A stretch of 64,000 nt of DNA from Desulfomonilia bacterium (lineage in GTDB: Bacteria; Desulfobacterota; Desulfomonilia; UBA1062): contig CAXXDQ010000007.1 of the NCBI GenBank assembly GCA_963664325.2, positions 448,001-512,000 on the forward strand, in the 5' to 3' direction. The position numbers and the translations under genes were made by a program. Numbering within the stretch: position 1 is the stretch's first letter; each line of letters starts with the position of its first letter. Shown here piece after piece: positions 9,707-21,149 of the stretch. A model generated the notes under the pieces. That model saw only the letters and a program-made list of their open reading frames with translations. It was not told the origin of the DNA and searched no databases.

Positions 9707-11197
9707 ATGCGGAGCCTGTTTGCCGCCCTGCTTTCACTCCTTATATTGGGCAGTCCCCTGCTGGGCCTTGATTTTCAGACCGGCAGAATCCAAAATTCCG
9801 TTGGCGGCTCCCTTGAAGGTCTGGGTACGGCACCTCTTCACAATAATTCTCCCAGGGAAGACTTGACTGGTGTTTTCAGGGTGCAGACAAAATCCTCTTT
9901 CGGGGATGTCAGCGACATCAAGATAAATTTAAGGGGAGAATATGACGGAACAGTGCTTTACCCGCATGACCACAAGGTTTTTCTCGGCTATACCAATATT
10001 TATCAGGACAGAAATCCTTTTTTGAGCGCCGATGAGGCATACTTTGATTTCTTTACGTCAAAGGCAGATTTCAGGCTGGGTATACAGAAATTCGCATGGG
10101 GGAGGCTCGACGAACTGAGCCCTGTGGACATGCTGAATACGGATTCCATGACAAACCCTTTTATCGAGGATGAAAACACCAGAAAGATAGGGGCCCCGTC
10201 GGCCAGGGCAAATATCTATTCGGATTTAGTCAACCTCGAACTGGACTGGATCCCCCGCTGGGTTCCCTACCGGCTTCCCATGTCTTATGAAAGATGGTTC
10301 CCTACCGTCCTGATTGCACCTGAAAACATTGTTATACAGGGATATGGTCCCCTTTTACCTGCCAATATATCCATCCCTGTAAAGGCCGAGTACCAGGACA
10401 TCGACATGCCGGCCTGCACATTCGAAAACTCCGAGATCGGTGTAAAGATTTCAAAGACCGTGGGAAAGTGGGAAGTTTCGGCCATGTATTTCAGGGGATA
10501 CGACACGATGCCGGTTTTTGACATGCCAACAAAGCTGTCGGTTTCGATAGACCCGCAAACGATTACGCCCAGCCTCTCTTTGGACACAGAACTAGAACCC
10601 AGGGTTTTCACAATCGATATGTTTGCCTTTGACTTCTCGACCACGGCCGGAGATTTCACGTTCAGGGGTGATGCGGCTTTTTTCAAGGACAGACGCTATA
10701 TCAGGGAAATCGAGGGCATGATAAACGACTATTTCGACAAAGACATGCTGCAATCAATTATCAGTGAGGTTTTAAAAGATCCTTTCAACCCGCATACCTT
10801 TACGTTCAACCCGCCCGTAATAGAAAAAAAGGATTCTGCAAAATACGGCCTCGGGTTTGATTATATCAAAGGGGACACGACGGTCACAGGCCAGATCATC
10901 CAGGAATATATCTTCAATTACGATGAAAAGCTGCTCTTCAACAAGAACGGCATAGACACCATGCTGACGCTCTCAATAAAGCGCATGCTGTTCAACAGCA
11001 GATTCGAGGCGGCCATTTACGGTTCCTACGGTATTGAGTTCAGGCAGTTTCTCGTCAAACCCTCGGCCTCTTATGATATTACGGACAACCTCAAGCTGAC
11101 TCTTGCAGCTCTTGTATTCGGCGGGGAAAAAGACTCCATTCTCGGACAGTATTCAGACAATGACGAAATCTTTTTAAAGGTAAAATACAGCTATTGA
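9707..11197 (+). CDS. Outer-membrane beta-barrel protein (DUF1302-like)
   Basis: Signal peptide; EAYFDF...RLGIQKFAWG...SPVDMLN; C-terminal beta-signal IFLKVKYSY. Confidence 0.7.
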   Translation: MRSLFAALLSLLILGSPLLGLDFQTGRIQNSVGGSLEGLGTAPLHNNSPREDLTGVFRVQTKSSFGDVSDIKINLRGEYDGTVLYPHDHKVFLGYTNIYQDRNPFLSADEAYFDFFTSKADFRLGIQKFAWGRLDELSPVDMLNTDSMTNPFIEDENTRKIGAPSARANIYSDLVNLELDWIPRWVPYRLPMSYERWFPTVLIAPENIVIQGYGPLLPANISIPVKAEYQDIDMPACTFENSEIGVKISKTVGKWEVSAMYFRGYDTMPVFDMPTKLSVSIDPQTITPSLSLDTELEPRVFTIDMFAFDFSTTAGDFTFRGDAAFFKDRRYIREIEGMINDYFDKDMLQSIISEVLKDPFNPHTFTFNPPVIEKKDSAKYGLGFDYIKGDTTVTGQIIQEYIFNYDEKLLFNKNGIDTMLTLSIKRMLFNSRFEAAIYGSYGIEFRQFLVKPSASYDITDNLKLTLAALVFGGEKDSILGQYSDNDEIFLKVKYSY

Positions 11198-11370
11198 TCT
11201 GACTTTGATATATCGAGGTTCCTGATTTTTATGTTTCTCAAAATAATCTGTCACGCTGGCATTAATATGTAAATCGTGCGATAATGTAACATGCCGGTGA
11301 GATAACCATCTTTTTTGTCCGGCGATATTTTAATAATCCCGAAATTATTAAATTGATAAGGGGAGATTTT

Positions 11371-12982
11371 ATGGGACTCAGACGTTTACTGATTATTCTG
11401 TTTCTTTTTTCCGCCCTTGCAATTGTGTCTCAACCCGCCTGTCTTTTAGCCCAGGACTATAGGATAAAATACGCCCGGCATTGGATTACGACATGGGACG
11501 GCTATAAACTTGACGTCGATGTTTATTCACCGTGCTCCGGCGTCAATTTCCCTCTGGTGATCTTTTCCCCGAGCTGGGGCGTCGACAAGATCCAGTATAT
11601 GATCCCTGCGGCCAAAATGGCCCAAAAAGGGTATGTAGCGGTTTCCTATTCTGCACGCGGCTGGTTTAAATCTACCGGGATCATAAATGTCGGTGAGGAA
11701 AACGATATGCGCGATATCTCGATCATAATAGATTTCGTCCTGGCAAATTACCCGGTGGACAAGAACAATATAGGCATGTCCGGGATTTCCATGGGGCGGG
11801 GAACGGTCTCTGAGCATACCGATATATGAAAACCGTATCAAAGCTGTTGCCGCATTGAGCTGTACGGCAGATTATCGCGAGAATATGTACAAGCAGGACA
11901 CACCCAACAACGCCCAGGCCTTGAGCGGTGACCCTACAATATTTGCTGATGCCATCAATGATCTTATCACCGGGATTAATACAAGCGGTGTGCTCAACTG
12001 GGCCGATTCATTATCTCCGGTAACATATCTTGATGACTATAACAGTCTGAAGAGACCTCCCAGCATTTACATATCAAACGCTTATGACGACAGGCTTATG
12101 GACAACAACAGCCTGCTCGAGTTTTTCAAAGATCTCGACTTTCCTGAAAAGGTTATCGATCTTAATGACGGCAAGCATGCCTTCCCGGTGGGAATAGGCT
12201 GTGTCGGTTTGCCGGAACGCACCTGGACCAAGGTATACAAGTGGTTTGACTATTACCTCAAAGGCATACCGTCTGACATTGTAGGGAGGGTCCAAAAAAC
12301 AAAAGTCGGGCTGCAGCTCAAAGGTACAGGCGAACGCCTGTATTTCGATTCATGGCCGCCCAGACAGATATTTTATCAGAACCTTTATCTGCATCCGAGA
12401 CAGGACTGCCCCACCAATAGTAACAACATGAAGAGCGGCATGAATATCTTTCCTTATAGATCAAGGGCCGTTGATCTGATCTACAGCGGGACTGGCTCGG
12501 CGGCAAATTCAGGTCCTTTTGACGATTCATCCGAGTTGAACCTCAGCCCTGTAACCGCCAACATGAACAACCTTGACGGCAGATATGCCCTTGTTTACGA
12601 GACTATCCCGTTTTGCCGGGAAAGTATCATCGCAGGCATACCTGTTCTGGATTTGAGTGTCACCCCGAGCATGCCCGATGCACAGGTTATCGCGTACCTT
12701 TATGACGTAAACGGCTATGGAAAAGGAACGCTCCTCACTTACAGCGCATGGACACTAAGGGATGTAAAAGCCGGGAAAAGGGTCAGATTGAATTTTGAAT
12801 TCAAGGTGCTGGCAGTAAGGATACCAAAGGACCACAGGCTTGCCCTGGTCCTCGATACATATGACCCGCGCTTCGGATTTCCAGAACGCCCCGCATATAA
12901 TGTAAGCATAAATTATGATGGCATGCCTGTATTGAAAATGCCATATACCTATGCAAAACCGGTTCAGGAGCCTGTGCAGTAG
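11371..12982 (+). pseudogene. CocE/NonD-family secreted hydrolase, split by one frameshift (possible sequencing error)
   Basis: ORFs 11353-11829 and 11855-12982 join if one G is removed from ATGGGGCGGGG at ~11793, restoring GISMGG (nucleophile elbow) and continuing ...ENRIKAVAALSCTAD. C-terminal PepX_C-like region. Confidence 0.75.
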
Positions 12983-13015
12983 ACGATAATAAGTAAGCGC
13001 TCAGAAGATGAAGAT

Positions 13016-14248
13016 ATGAGTTTAACCCGGCGTGATTTTATCAGATGCTCGGCTGTCGCTTCAGGCCTTGCTGCCTGGGTTTGCCCGTTTTCACCCTGTT
13101 CTGCTAAAATCGAACCGAATCAGAAGCGCTGTATAAAATTACCTTCCTATCCCGTATGCAAAGCAGCTTCAAAAGTCTTCATCGAGGGTGTGGACAAAAT
13201 TCCGGAAACCGCATCCGTTGAAACGGCATTGAGCATTGCTGCTGAATCAGCAACCGATTTTTCATGGCTCGGCAAAGGTGATTCCGTGCTCATCAAGCCT
13301 GTAAACAACTCGGGTGAGAAATACCCTGCAACCACTCATCCCGAAAGCATTGCCATCATAGTCAGGCTTCTCAAGGCCAAAGGCGCCGGCAGGATAATTG
13401 TCAGTGACATGGCCGGTGTCCAGCACTTGAAGCTTACCAGCAAGTCCCTTAGAGGCTCGACCAGGGCACTGATGATGAAAAACGGCATTCTCCAGGCAGC
13501 CGTTTCGGCCGGGGCCGAGATGTATTTCCCTGAAGAATCTGGCTGGAACGCATTCTTCGAGGACGGACCGGAAAAAGGCACATGCTGGAAAAACGGCATC
13601 ATGGTGCCCAGGATAATAAATGAAATTGACCATATTATCCTCATGCCTCGCGTAGCCCGCCATGCATTGGCTGGATGCACCCTGGGACTGAAGGCTGCGG
13701 TCGGCTACATCAGGCATGATTCCCGGCTTGAATACCATCACGACGCTTCGACCCTCTTTGAAAAGCACGTCGGTATTAATACAGTGCCTGCAATCAGTAA
13801 CAGGTTGAGGCTCGTAATCACGACGGCAACGAAAATGTTCGTCACATTCGGGCCTGACAACGGCAAGGTCTTTGAGCCTGAGACAGGACTTGTCATCGCA
13901 TCAACCGACATAACAGCCCACGATATGGTAAGCCTTGCCTGGCTCGAGATGGGCAGGGATAAAGACCCGGCAGGCTGGCCGGTTCTGATTAACGACCCTT
14001 ATGAATCATCAGATGCCACCGTTGACATGATGAACAGGGCGGTCGTCTATATGCTGGGAGGCGTCGGTGAGGCAGGCAGCGCACAAAAACTGATGCGCTA
14101 TAATGTAAGGTCCATATGGGAGGACCCGACGCTCAATGCAGCCTTCAAGATATTCGGCAATGTTCCAAGGATAGTCATAGAAAACCCTTCAGGTTCTGTT
14201 CCAGCTCCTTTGAAAGATGAATTTATGAAAAGGGTTACTTTTAATTAA
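13016..14248 (+). CDS. Tat-exported DUF362 domain protein
   Basis: TRRDFI twin-arginine signal; VLIKPVNN, TTHPE, TLGLKAAVG and STDITAHD DUF362-type blocks. Confidence 0.8.
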   Translation: MSLTRRDFIRCSAVASGLAAWVCPFSPCSAKIEPNQKRCIKLPSYPVCKAASKVFIEGVDKIPETASVETALSIAAESATDFSWLGKGDSVLIKPVNNSGEKYPATTHPESIAIIVRLLKAKGAGRIIVSDMAGVQHLKLTSKSLRGSTRALMMKNGILQAAVSAGAEMYFPEESGWNAFFEDGPEKGTCWKNGIMVPRIINEIDHIILMPRVARHALAGCTLGLKAAVGYIRHDSRLEYHHDASTLFEKHVGINTVPAISNRLRLVITTATKMFVTFGPDNGKVFEPETGLVIASTDITAHDMVSLAWLEMGRDKDPAGWPVLINDPYESSDATVDMMNRAVVYMLGGVGEAGSAQKLMRYNVRSIWEDPTLNAAFKIFGNVPRIVIENPSGSVPAPLKDEFMKRVTFN

Positions 14249-14564
14249 TTTATACCAGATTTTATCCGTCTCGCTGTTGTCCCCTAAATGATATCTGTCT
14301 GCAAGGACTTGGCACCTCAGTTCATAGGCGAGAGGGTTACAAAGCTTGCAACAATGTTGTTTAACAGCTGTATTGCAGCTCTTTGCAAGGCATCATGGAA
14401 ATCATAACCGGTGAATCAGAAAAAAAACCTTCTAGCCGGACAAACCATGACTGGGGAAAATGGGCTATAAACCTTCTTCATAACAATACTTCCCATGGTA
14501 CTAATATTAAAGGCCACTGCTAGTTTCTGCGGCAATTAAACATATCTTTATCGTGCCTTAGGTC

Positions 14565-14870
14565 TCAGTCAGTCAATTCACCGTTCAAGACACGGGCCCT
14601 CATCTCCGGGGTCAAGGGCGAACCCCGTTCAAGAAAATCGGGCGGTCTGTATTCAATATCAATTCCCCCAGATGGAGACCCGTCCGGATAAAGCAAAACC
14701 ATGCGGGAAACTTCACCTTTTGTCAGTTTCTCCACCATGTATGCCAGCTTGGGATTAAACTTTCTTTTTCCCGACAACAGCTCGGAAAAATAGCTGGGAG
14801 ACAACCCAAGCTCTTCAGCCAGTTTCTTTTGAGTAATTCCTCCAATATTCAACCAGGTTTTAAGATCCAT
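14565..14870 (-). CDS. Cro/YdaS-like HTH transcriptional regulator
   Basis: MDLKTWL...TQKKLAEELGLSPSYFSELLSGKR...VEKLTKGEVSR...LYPD. GAGG RBS before ATG 14870. Confidence 0.8.
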   Translation of the reverse strand: MDLKTWLNIGGITQKKLAEELGLSPSYFSELLSGKRKFNPKLAYMVEKLTKGEVSRMVLLYPDGSPSGGIDIEYRPPDFLERGSPLTPEMRARVLNGELTD

Positions 14871-14974
14871 TCTTTTCCTCATTAAATATACTTGAATATT
14901 GCTTCCAAGAATTGCATATGTCAATTACAGTATACTCTTTATCAGCAACAATCCTAATTTTTATTGCGGCGACC

Positions 14975-14991
14975 ATTCGCAATCTGCGAAT
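14975..14991. promoter_or_regulatory. Palindrome ATTCGCA-ATC-TGCGAAT, candidate operator
   Basis: Perfect 7-bp inverted repeat between the divergent Cro-like and GAF-PAS genes. Confidence 0.4.
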
Positions 14992-15030
14992 TTCGTTGCC
15001 GTCTTATATTCCAGGTGATATATTTTAAAG

Positions 15031-16269
15031 ATGTCTTCTTCCATATATGAATTTATTGTTGATATAAACAGCAGGACAGAATCACTTCTGGCACGAATCG
15101 GCGCATCTCTTGGTCCCGATCTCATTTGTGTTTTCCAGTTCACAGAAGGAATTCAATACCTGAAATACATCTGGCCGAAAGAGACGGACAGGCCTCATAA
15201 AATCAACAAATTTCAGCACTTCAACATAATTGAAAATCTTCCTGATATTTTTTCCAGACTTAAATCGTTAATGCTTTATTTTGATTCACCTGACAGCCTT
15301 CCTCAGAAACAGTCCGATTATTTAAAAACAAGCAATATTGCATCTGCCATTTTCATTCCGATCCAGAACAAGGGAGAGCTCTGGGGCTGCCTTTGCTGTA
15401 TATCTGCAACAAACAAACGCATGTGGACAAGTGAAGAACTTTCGATGCTGCTCAAAGAATCCATTGATCTTTCAAACTTCATATTTTTCTCTGAAATGCT
15501 CACCGAACTTAAGCATGCTGATGAACAGCTCTCAGTCATGCTGAACATGGCGACTGAAGGGATTGCCATATCCGATGAAAACATGGTGATCACTTCAGTC
15601 AGCGGACGTATTGCCGAGCTTGGCGGTTTCGCACAAGACGAACTGATGGGTCGTATAATATGGGATTTTTTAGATCCCAATGATTATGACAAGGCCAGAA
15701 CAAACCTTGAACTCGCCGAAAGAGGCCTGAGAAGTGTCGATTCTTACAGGCTTTTACTGAAATCAGGAGGGTCTCTTTTAACGCGAATAAGCATCAAGCC
15801 ATTAATAAAGAATGAACTCAAAAAAGGATTTATCTTTCTGATTGTAAATATGGAGGCAACTACTGTAACGGATATGAGACTACTGGAATACAAGGAGCAC
15901 ATGAATTACATAAGCGACCTTGTATGGACGACAGATATGGATTTGCTTTTTACCTATGTAAGTCCTTCAGTAAAACACCTGCTCGGATATACTACAGATG
16001 AAGCCCTGTGTTTGAACGCCGGTCTTACATTCAGCGGAAACACCCATAAAATCCTCGCCGAATCTTTTCAGAAAGGCCTTGCAGTTGCAAAAATAAAGGG
16101 CAGGCAGTTCAGGTCCGTCCTTAATGTAAAACAATACAGGCGTGATGGCAGAGCCATGTACGGCAAAATGATTATCGCCTTGAGACGGAATCCTGACGGC
16201 ACACCCAAAGGCTTCATCGGCGTGACCCATTTCGGAACAGAAGAACCATTTCCCGAACAAAGTGTTTGA
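15031..16269 (+). CDS. GAF-PAS-PAS sensory protein without output domain
   Basis: GAF end (IASAIFIPI...LWGCL...RMWTSEE); two PAS/PAC (EGIAISD...ELMGR; DLVWTTD...YVSPS...LLGY...RNPDGTPKGFIGV), then stop. Confidence 0.75.
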   Translation: MSSSIYEFIVDINSRTESLLARIGASLGPDLICVFQFTEGIQYLKYIWPKETDRPHKINKFQHFNIIENLPDIFSRLKSLMLYFDSPDSLPQKQSDYLKTSNIASAIFIPIQNKGELWGCLCCISATNKRMWTSEELSMLLKESIDLSNFIFFSEMLTELKHADEQLSVMLNMATEGIAISDENMVITSVSGRIAELGGFAQDELMGRIIWDFLDPNDYDKARTNLELAERGLRSVDSYRLLLKSGGSLLTRISIKPLIKNELKKGFIFLIVNMEATTVTDMRLLEYKEHMNYISDLVWTTDMDLLFTYVSPSVKHLLGYTTDEALCLNAGLTFSGNTHKILAESFQKGLAVAKIKGRQFRSVLNVKQYRRDGRAMYGKMIIALRRNPDGTPKGFIGVTHFGTEEPFPEQSV

Positions 16270-16371
16270 ATGCTGTCACTGAAGTTTAAAACGGGTGTAA
16301 ATCTGCAGGGCCGTAACTTCTGAATTATTCATTCTTTATCTGTCAGTCAAGTCATTACCCGATCCCGGCAT

Positions 16372-18176
16372 TCATAAAAACATTTTCGCAATGTCATCCA
16401 TGAATTTTTCTGCAACAATCTTTCGCTTGAGTTTCAAGGTATGCGTCATCATTCCGTTTTCGATACTGAAATCCTCGGCAAGAAGCACGACCTTTTTCGG
16501 TATCTCGTATCCGCCGTATTTGCCTTTCAGACTTCGTGCAATCTCATCGCCCACATATTTTATAATCTCGGCGTTGGCGGCCATTTCATCAACCCCTGTC
16601 GGCAGGCCCTTACTTTCCGCATATTTTTTGAGAAGCTTGTAGTCCGGATAAGCCAGGCAGATATTGTACGGCTTTCCTTCGCCGTATATCATCGCATTCA
16701 GCACGACAGGGTTGAGCTTGATATCCTCTTCTAATGATGCAGGAAAAACGTACTTGCCGTTTTCGAGCTTGAACTGCTCCTTGATTCGGCCCGTAATATA
16801 TAGGAAGCCGTCCTCGTCGAACCTGCCCCTGTCGCCGGTCCTGAACCCGCCGTCCTCAGTCATTACAGCCTTCGTCTCTTCCGGCTTGTTGTGATAGCCG
16901 AGCATGACGCTCGGTCCGTAGACAATGATCTCGCCGTCGGCAGCACCCGGTTCGACGACCGAACTGTCGATCTTGACCGTTATCCTGTCAAGCAGCTTTC
17001 CGACGCTCCCCAGCCTGTGCGCACTGAAGCAGCTCATAGTGACGCCGGGTGAGGTCTCGGTCAGCCCGTAGCAGTCGAATACCGGTATACCTATATCAAA
17101 AAAAGAACTGGGCGACTTCGATGTTCATCGTAGCGCTGGCAGTCAATGCGCCTTCCAGCCTGCCGCCGAACTTGTCCCTTACCTTCTGGAAAACAATCTT
17201 GTCGGCAAGTTTGAATTTTATGTCGTTTATAATGCTTTTACGGCCGGATTCCTTAAGTTCCCTTTTTTTCTTTGCCGAACTCAGGCCCATATTAAACAGC
17301 TTTTCCGGCAGACCGCCTTCCTCTTTCATCTTCTTGAACAACGTCGAATATATCTTATTAAATATGCGGGGTACGGCGATTATGTATCTCGGCTCGATGA
17401 GCGCAATGTCATCGAGCAGCGTCTCGGTTTTTTCCATGAATCCTATGGAGCCGCCAAACAGGAACCAGCCGTAGAGCTCGGCGCATTGCCCGAAGACATG
17501 CGCCCAGGGGAGTATGGATATGCTCCTTGTCTCTTCATTGAGTTCGGGATAGATGATACACCCGCATCTCGCCATGTGTGTATAGTTACCGTGAGAGAGC
17601 AGCACGCCTTTCGGGTCACCGGTCGTACCGGATGTGTATATGATAGTCGCCACATCGTACGGGTCAGGTTTGATTGAAGGAACGGGTTTTTTTTCGCCTT
17701 CGGCTTCCAGGGCCTTCATGGTTCCGGGCCCGTCGCCTTCTATGAGTATTATTTTTTCAAGCGAAGGTATCTCCGCGGGGAAATCCTTCACCTTCTCATA
17801 AATTGATTTCTTCGATACGAAGAGCACCTTCACGCTGCTGTCTTTGATTATATACCTGCAGATTTTTATGAGTTCGGCCTCGTACATCGGGACGTATATC
17901 GCGCCCCGGCCGTATGAAGCGAATGCCGCAACGGCCCATATCCGGACAGTTGTTGGCTATGATGCCCACAGAGTCGCCTTTTCCTACACCGAGCAAGGCA
18001 AGCCCGGCACGAAGGTTGTCCACCCTTTTCCCTATTTCGCCATAGGTTGACCATTTAAGAGACTTGCCGTCCGCTGATTTGACGCCGAAAAGCTTGTTGT
18101 TTGTAAAACGTCTTACTCCCTCTTCGCACAGGTCTACAAGGTTATCCGGCTTGTTGTACTCCCATCGCTGCTGCAT
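16372..18176 (-). pseudogene. Long-chain acyl-CoA synthetase (AMP-binding) with two frameshifts (possible sequencing errors)
   Basis: IIYTSGTTGDPKG, YGLTETS and FRTGD motifs lie across three ORFs. One extra base at ~17940 (CPE-W) and an A7 run at 17098-17104 (six would give QFFFDIGIPVFDCYGLTETS). Confidence 0.85.
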
Positions 18177-18284
18177 AAGAATTCTCCCGATTTTTCTGGG
18201 TATCTACACCCTATTCGATATCATGTCTACAATGTGTTAAAAATGAATTTGAAATATTGCAGCCGATACACCAACCGGGTTTTA

Positions 18285-19835
18285 TTATTCAACCTTTCTG
18301 ATAATCAGCTTCTTCCCGAACACCTTGGAAAAGGCCTCCCTGTGATTCTGCGCGCCCCAGGTCTCGAGATCACAACCCCTGTCGCATCCGAGCTCGAGTA
18401 TAACCGCATTTTTTTCGCCCGTTTTAAACCGGGCATGATTAATCAGGCCGGCGTGGCTCCTGTCAAGGCTTTCCGCAATCCTTAACAAAATCGAGTGGAC
18501 CTTGACGGTATCAACGGACTTTTCATCAAGGCCCGCAGTCTCCGGTCCTTTCCTTCCCGGAAAGCCGCGCCTGTGGAAAAAGACATCGGCGGCCATAATT
18601 AAAATTTCCCTCTGGTTGAACCCCAGCAGGTCCGCATTCCTTATGAAATAGCTGCTGTTGGCATGATGGTTGCTGTATGAAAGGAACGCCCCTATATCAT
18701 GCAGGATGGCAGAGCAGTGAAGCAGTTCCCTCCTGCCGGAGCCCTGCCTGTGAAGCAATATCTCCCTGCCCGTATCAAACATCTCAAGGCAAAGGCGTGC
18801 GACTGTCATGGCGTGCTTTTCATCAAAGCCGCATCTCCTGCCAAGGCTCAATACGCTCCTCATCCTTATTGAGACCTCAGGCGCTTCCTGGCCGTATTCC
18901 CTGTCAAGATAGTCAATGAGCAGTCCATCCCTTAATTCACGGGTGCTTATCCTGAGTTCGGGTATCCCGGTTTCAGACATGATGGTTTCGAGGATTGCCG
19001 CTCCGGCAACTAATATGTCAGCCCTTTTAGGATTCATTCCGGGCACATTCCGTCTTTCCCTGAGAGGCAGAGAACATAGCAGTTTCGATACCTGCTTCAG
19101 GTCTTTCAGCCTGAGCAGCGATTTTCTGTCCTCATCACCCTTATAGATTACTTGTCTTGAGATCTCGGCAAGATTCTGCGCAGTACCGGAACTCCCCAGG
19201 GCTTCTTTCACACCTGATGCCCTGATTGCCTGCACAGGCCTGATGGACGTACTTTTTACATGCTCGCAGATCATGGCATATTGTTTCGGCGGGATAGGCC
19301 CCTCGATGCCATCGGTATATTTCATGGAAAGCCTTATTGCCCCGAGTTTCATGCTGTCCAGAAAGATGTATCCGTTATTGTCACCGACAATGACTTCCGT
19401 ACTTCCGCCGCCTATATCTATGAATAGAGTCCGCTCGATTATCTTATCACCGCGCGAAACGCCCAGGTATATCAGCCTTGCCTCTTCCTTCCCCGAGACC
19501 ACATTCATTTCAATACCGGCCTCGTATTTAAGAAGATCAAGAAATTCTTTCTGGTTTGAAGCATCCCTGGTTGCCGAAGTAGCCACGGCAACAATCTCTG
19601 CGGCACCAAAGGTATGAGCCATGCTGACAAAGTTCCTGCATACGGCGACTGCCCTTTGAATGGCCTCGGGTTTTATCCTGTTATCGTCGAACTGCCCTTC
19701 CCCAAGCCTTATCATCTCTTTCTGGCGGGAGAGTTCGGTATAAGACCTTTCACTTTCAAACCGGGCTATCATCAGGCGCACCGAGTTGGTGCCCATGTCC
19801 ATGAACGCGACTACCTTTGGTTTATCGGGTTTCAT
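18285..19835 (-). CDS. ppx: Exopolyphosphatase / Ppx-GppA family with HD domain
   Basis: DMGTNSVRL, VATSATRDA, EEARL, DIGGGSTE, C-terminal LHDIG. Confidence 0.92.
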   Translation of the reverse strand: MKPDKPKVVAFMDMGTNSVRLMIARFESERSYTELSRQKEMIRLGEGQFDDNRIKPEAIQRAVAVCRNFVSMAHTFGAAEIVAVATSATRDASNQKEFLDLLKYEAGIEMNVVSGKEEARLIYLGVSRGDKIIERTLFIDIGGGSTEVIVGDNNGYIFLDSMKLGAIRLSMKYTDGIEGPIPPKQYAMICEHVKSTSIRPVQAIRASGVKEALGSSGTAQNLAEISRQVIYKGDEDRKSLLRLKDLKQVSKLLCSLPLRERRNVPGMNPKRADILVAGAAILETIMSETGIPELRISTRELRDGLLIDYLDREYGQEAPEVSIRMRSVLSLGRRCGFDEKHAMTVARLCLEMFDTGREILLHRQGSGRRELLHCSAILHDIGAFLSYSNHHANSSYFIRNADLLGFNQREILIMAADVFFHRRGFPGRKGPETAGLDEKSVDTVKVHSILLRIAESLDRSHAGLINHARFKTGEKNAVILELGCDRGCDLETWGAQNHREAFSKVFGKKLIIRKVE

Positions 19836-21149
19836 CTGAATATGATTTCCCGGCTGAAAACCTTTTTCATAAGGTCCGACTTTAAAAGGCCGTATTCGAG
19901 TTCGGTTTCAGAAGGCCGCAAAGTCTTGCATATTATCGTAATGTTATCAGGTGATACATCGCATATAAGACTTGAAACGGCATTCGAATGCGATCTGTCC
20001 AGGCCGTCTGCCACCCTTAATATGGCGGAAAGCTTGTCCACCCTTTGCCTGTCGGTTTCCGTCAGTGACGAATAAGGGGCCTGATCCTTCTCCGGCAGCG
20101 CCTTCCTGTGGTACCTTGCGACAAGCGCCGTGACAAGCCGTTCATTTTCCGTAAAAGACGGCAGGCTGCCTTTAAGTATCATTTCCATCGAGAGCTTGTG
20201 ATGCGCCCGGCCTCCCTCTGCAATGCCGATATCATGGAGGAGCGACGCACATTTCAGGATTGTCCTGTCGTGCGATGAAAGGCCGTGAAAGGCCTCAAGT
20301 TCGTCAAAAATCTGCTCGGAAAGCTTCATAACCTGTCTTGCATGCGCCTCCTCATAGCAGCTGGCCACTGCAAGGCTCTCAGCCTGGTTCTCGAGTTCAC
20401 TTCCCCTTGAATCCTCCTGGTCCTTAATCGATGTGTAGTTCCTGGCCTCAAGCAGCATCTTCGAGAATACATCGGGCAGCCCACTGCCGATAACAGCGCC
20501 GGCAGCGGCCCGGACATCATAATCGACCCTGTAATGATGCACCTTGACATCCTTCTTGGAGTTTATCTCAAGGATGGCGAATGAAGCCCTCGTGTCACCG
20601 TCATCAGGAAGACCTGTCGAGCCGGGATTGATAAAAACGGCATTGCCCGCCTTCCTCACAAAAGGCCTGTGTGAATGCCCGCAGATTATTATGTCACAAT
20701 CCGACTTCGAGGCAATCTCGGCAAACCTTTCGGTCGGCGTATCGGGTCCCAGATGCTCCCTGTCAGACTCCGGGCTTGCATGAACCAGAAGTATTTTTCT
20801 CCCTTCAATTTCAAGGACCCTTTTCATTGGAAGGTTTTTTACATATTTCCTGTTCGATGAGGAAAGGGCTTCATATGAAAATTTCAGCATGATGAACTTA
20901 TCCGGGTCTTTTTCATGCTGCCAGGCGGAAGCTTTTTTCGGGAATTTCATAATCCTTGTATCGAAATTGCCGGTTATGCCGAGCACCTTTTTTTTTCTGA
21001 GAATGCTAACGACCTCGTCAGGAAAAGCCCGAACCCCAGCATGTCCCCAAGGTCCCATACACACTCGGCCCGTGTTTTTTTGCCTGATTCAGTACTGTCT
21101 TCAGCGCATGCATGTTAGAGTGTATGTCGCCAATTAGCGCTATTTTCAC
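19832..21149 (-). CDS. YfcE-like metallophosphoesterase fused to a Ppx-type HD domain (two 5' frameshifts)
   Basis: From GTG 21149: MKIALIGDIHSN. WDLGDMLGFG lies in a second frame and AFPDEVV in a third (two 1-nt deletions near 21070 and 21030). Then GNFD, HASP, GHSH, NPGS and HD domain LLHDIG...RVADGLD. Confidence 0.8.

Noticed and set aside
14249-14564. 316-bp gap between convergent genes as a hidden gene or sRNA
   Set aside because: No convincing ORF or stable structure found by eye.
14250-16300. Prophage around the Cro-like gene
   Set aside because: No integrase, CI repressor, replication or structural genes and no att-like repeats seen.
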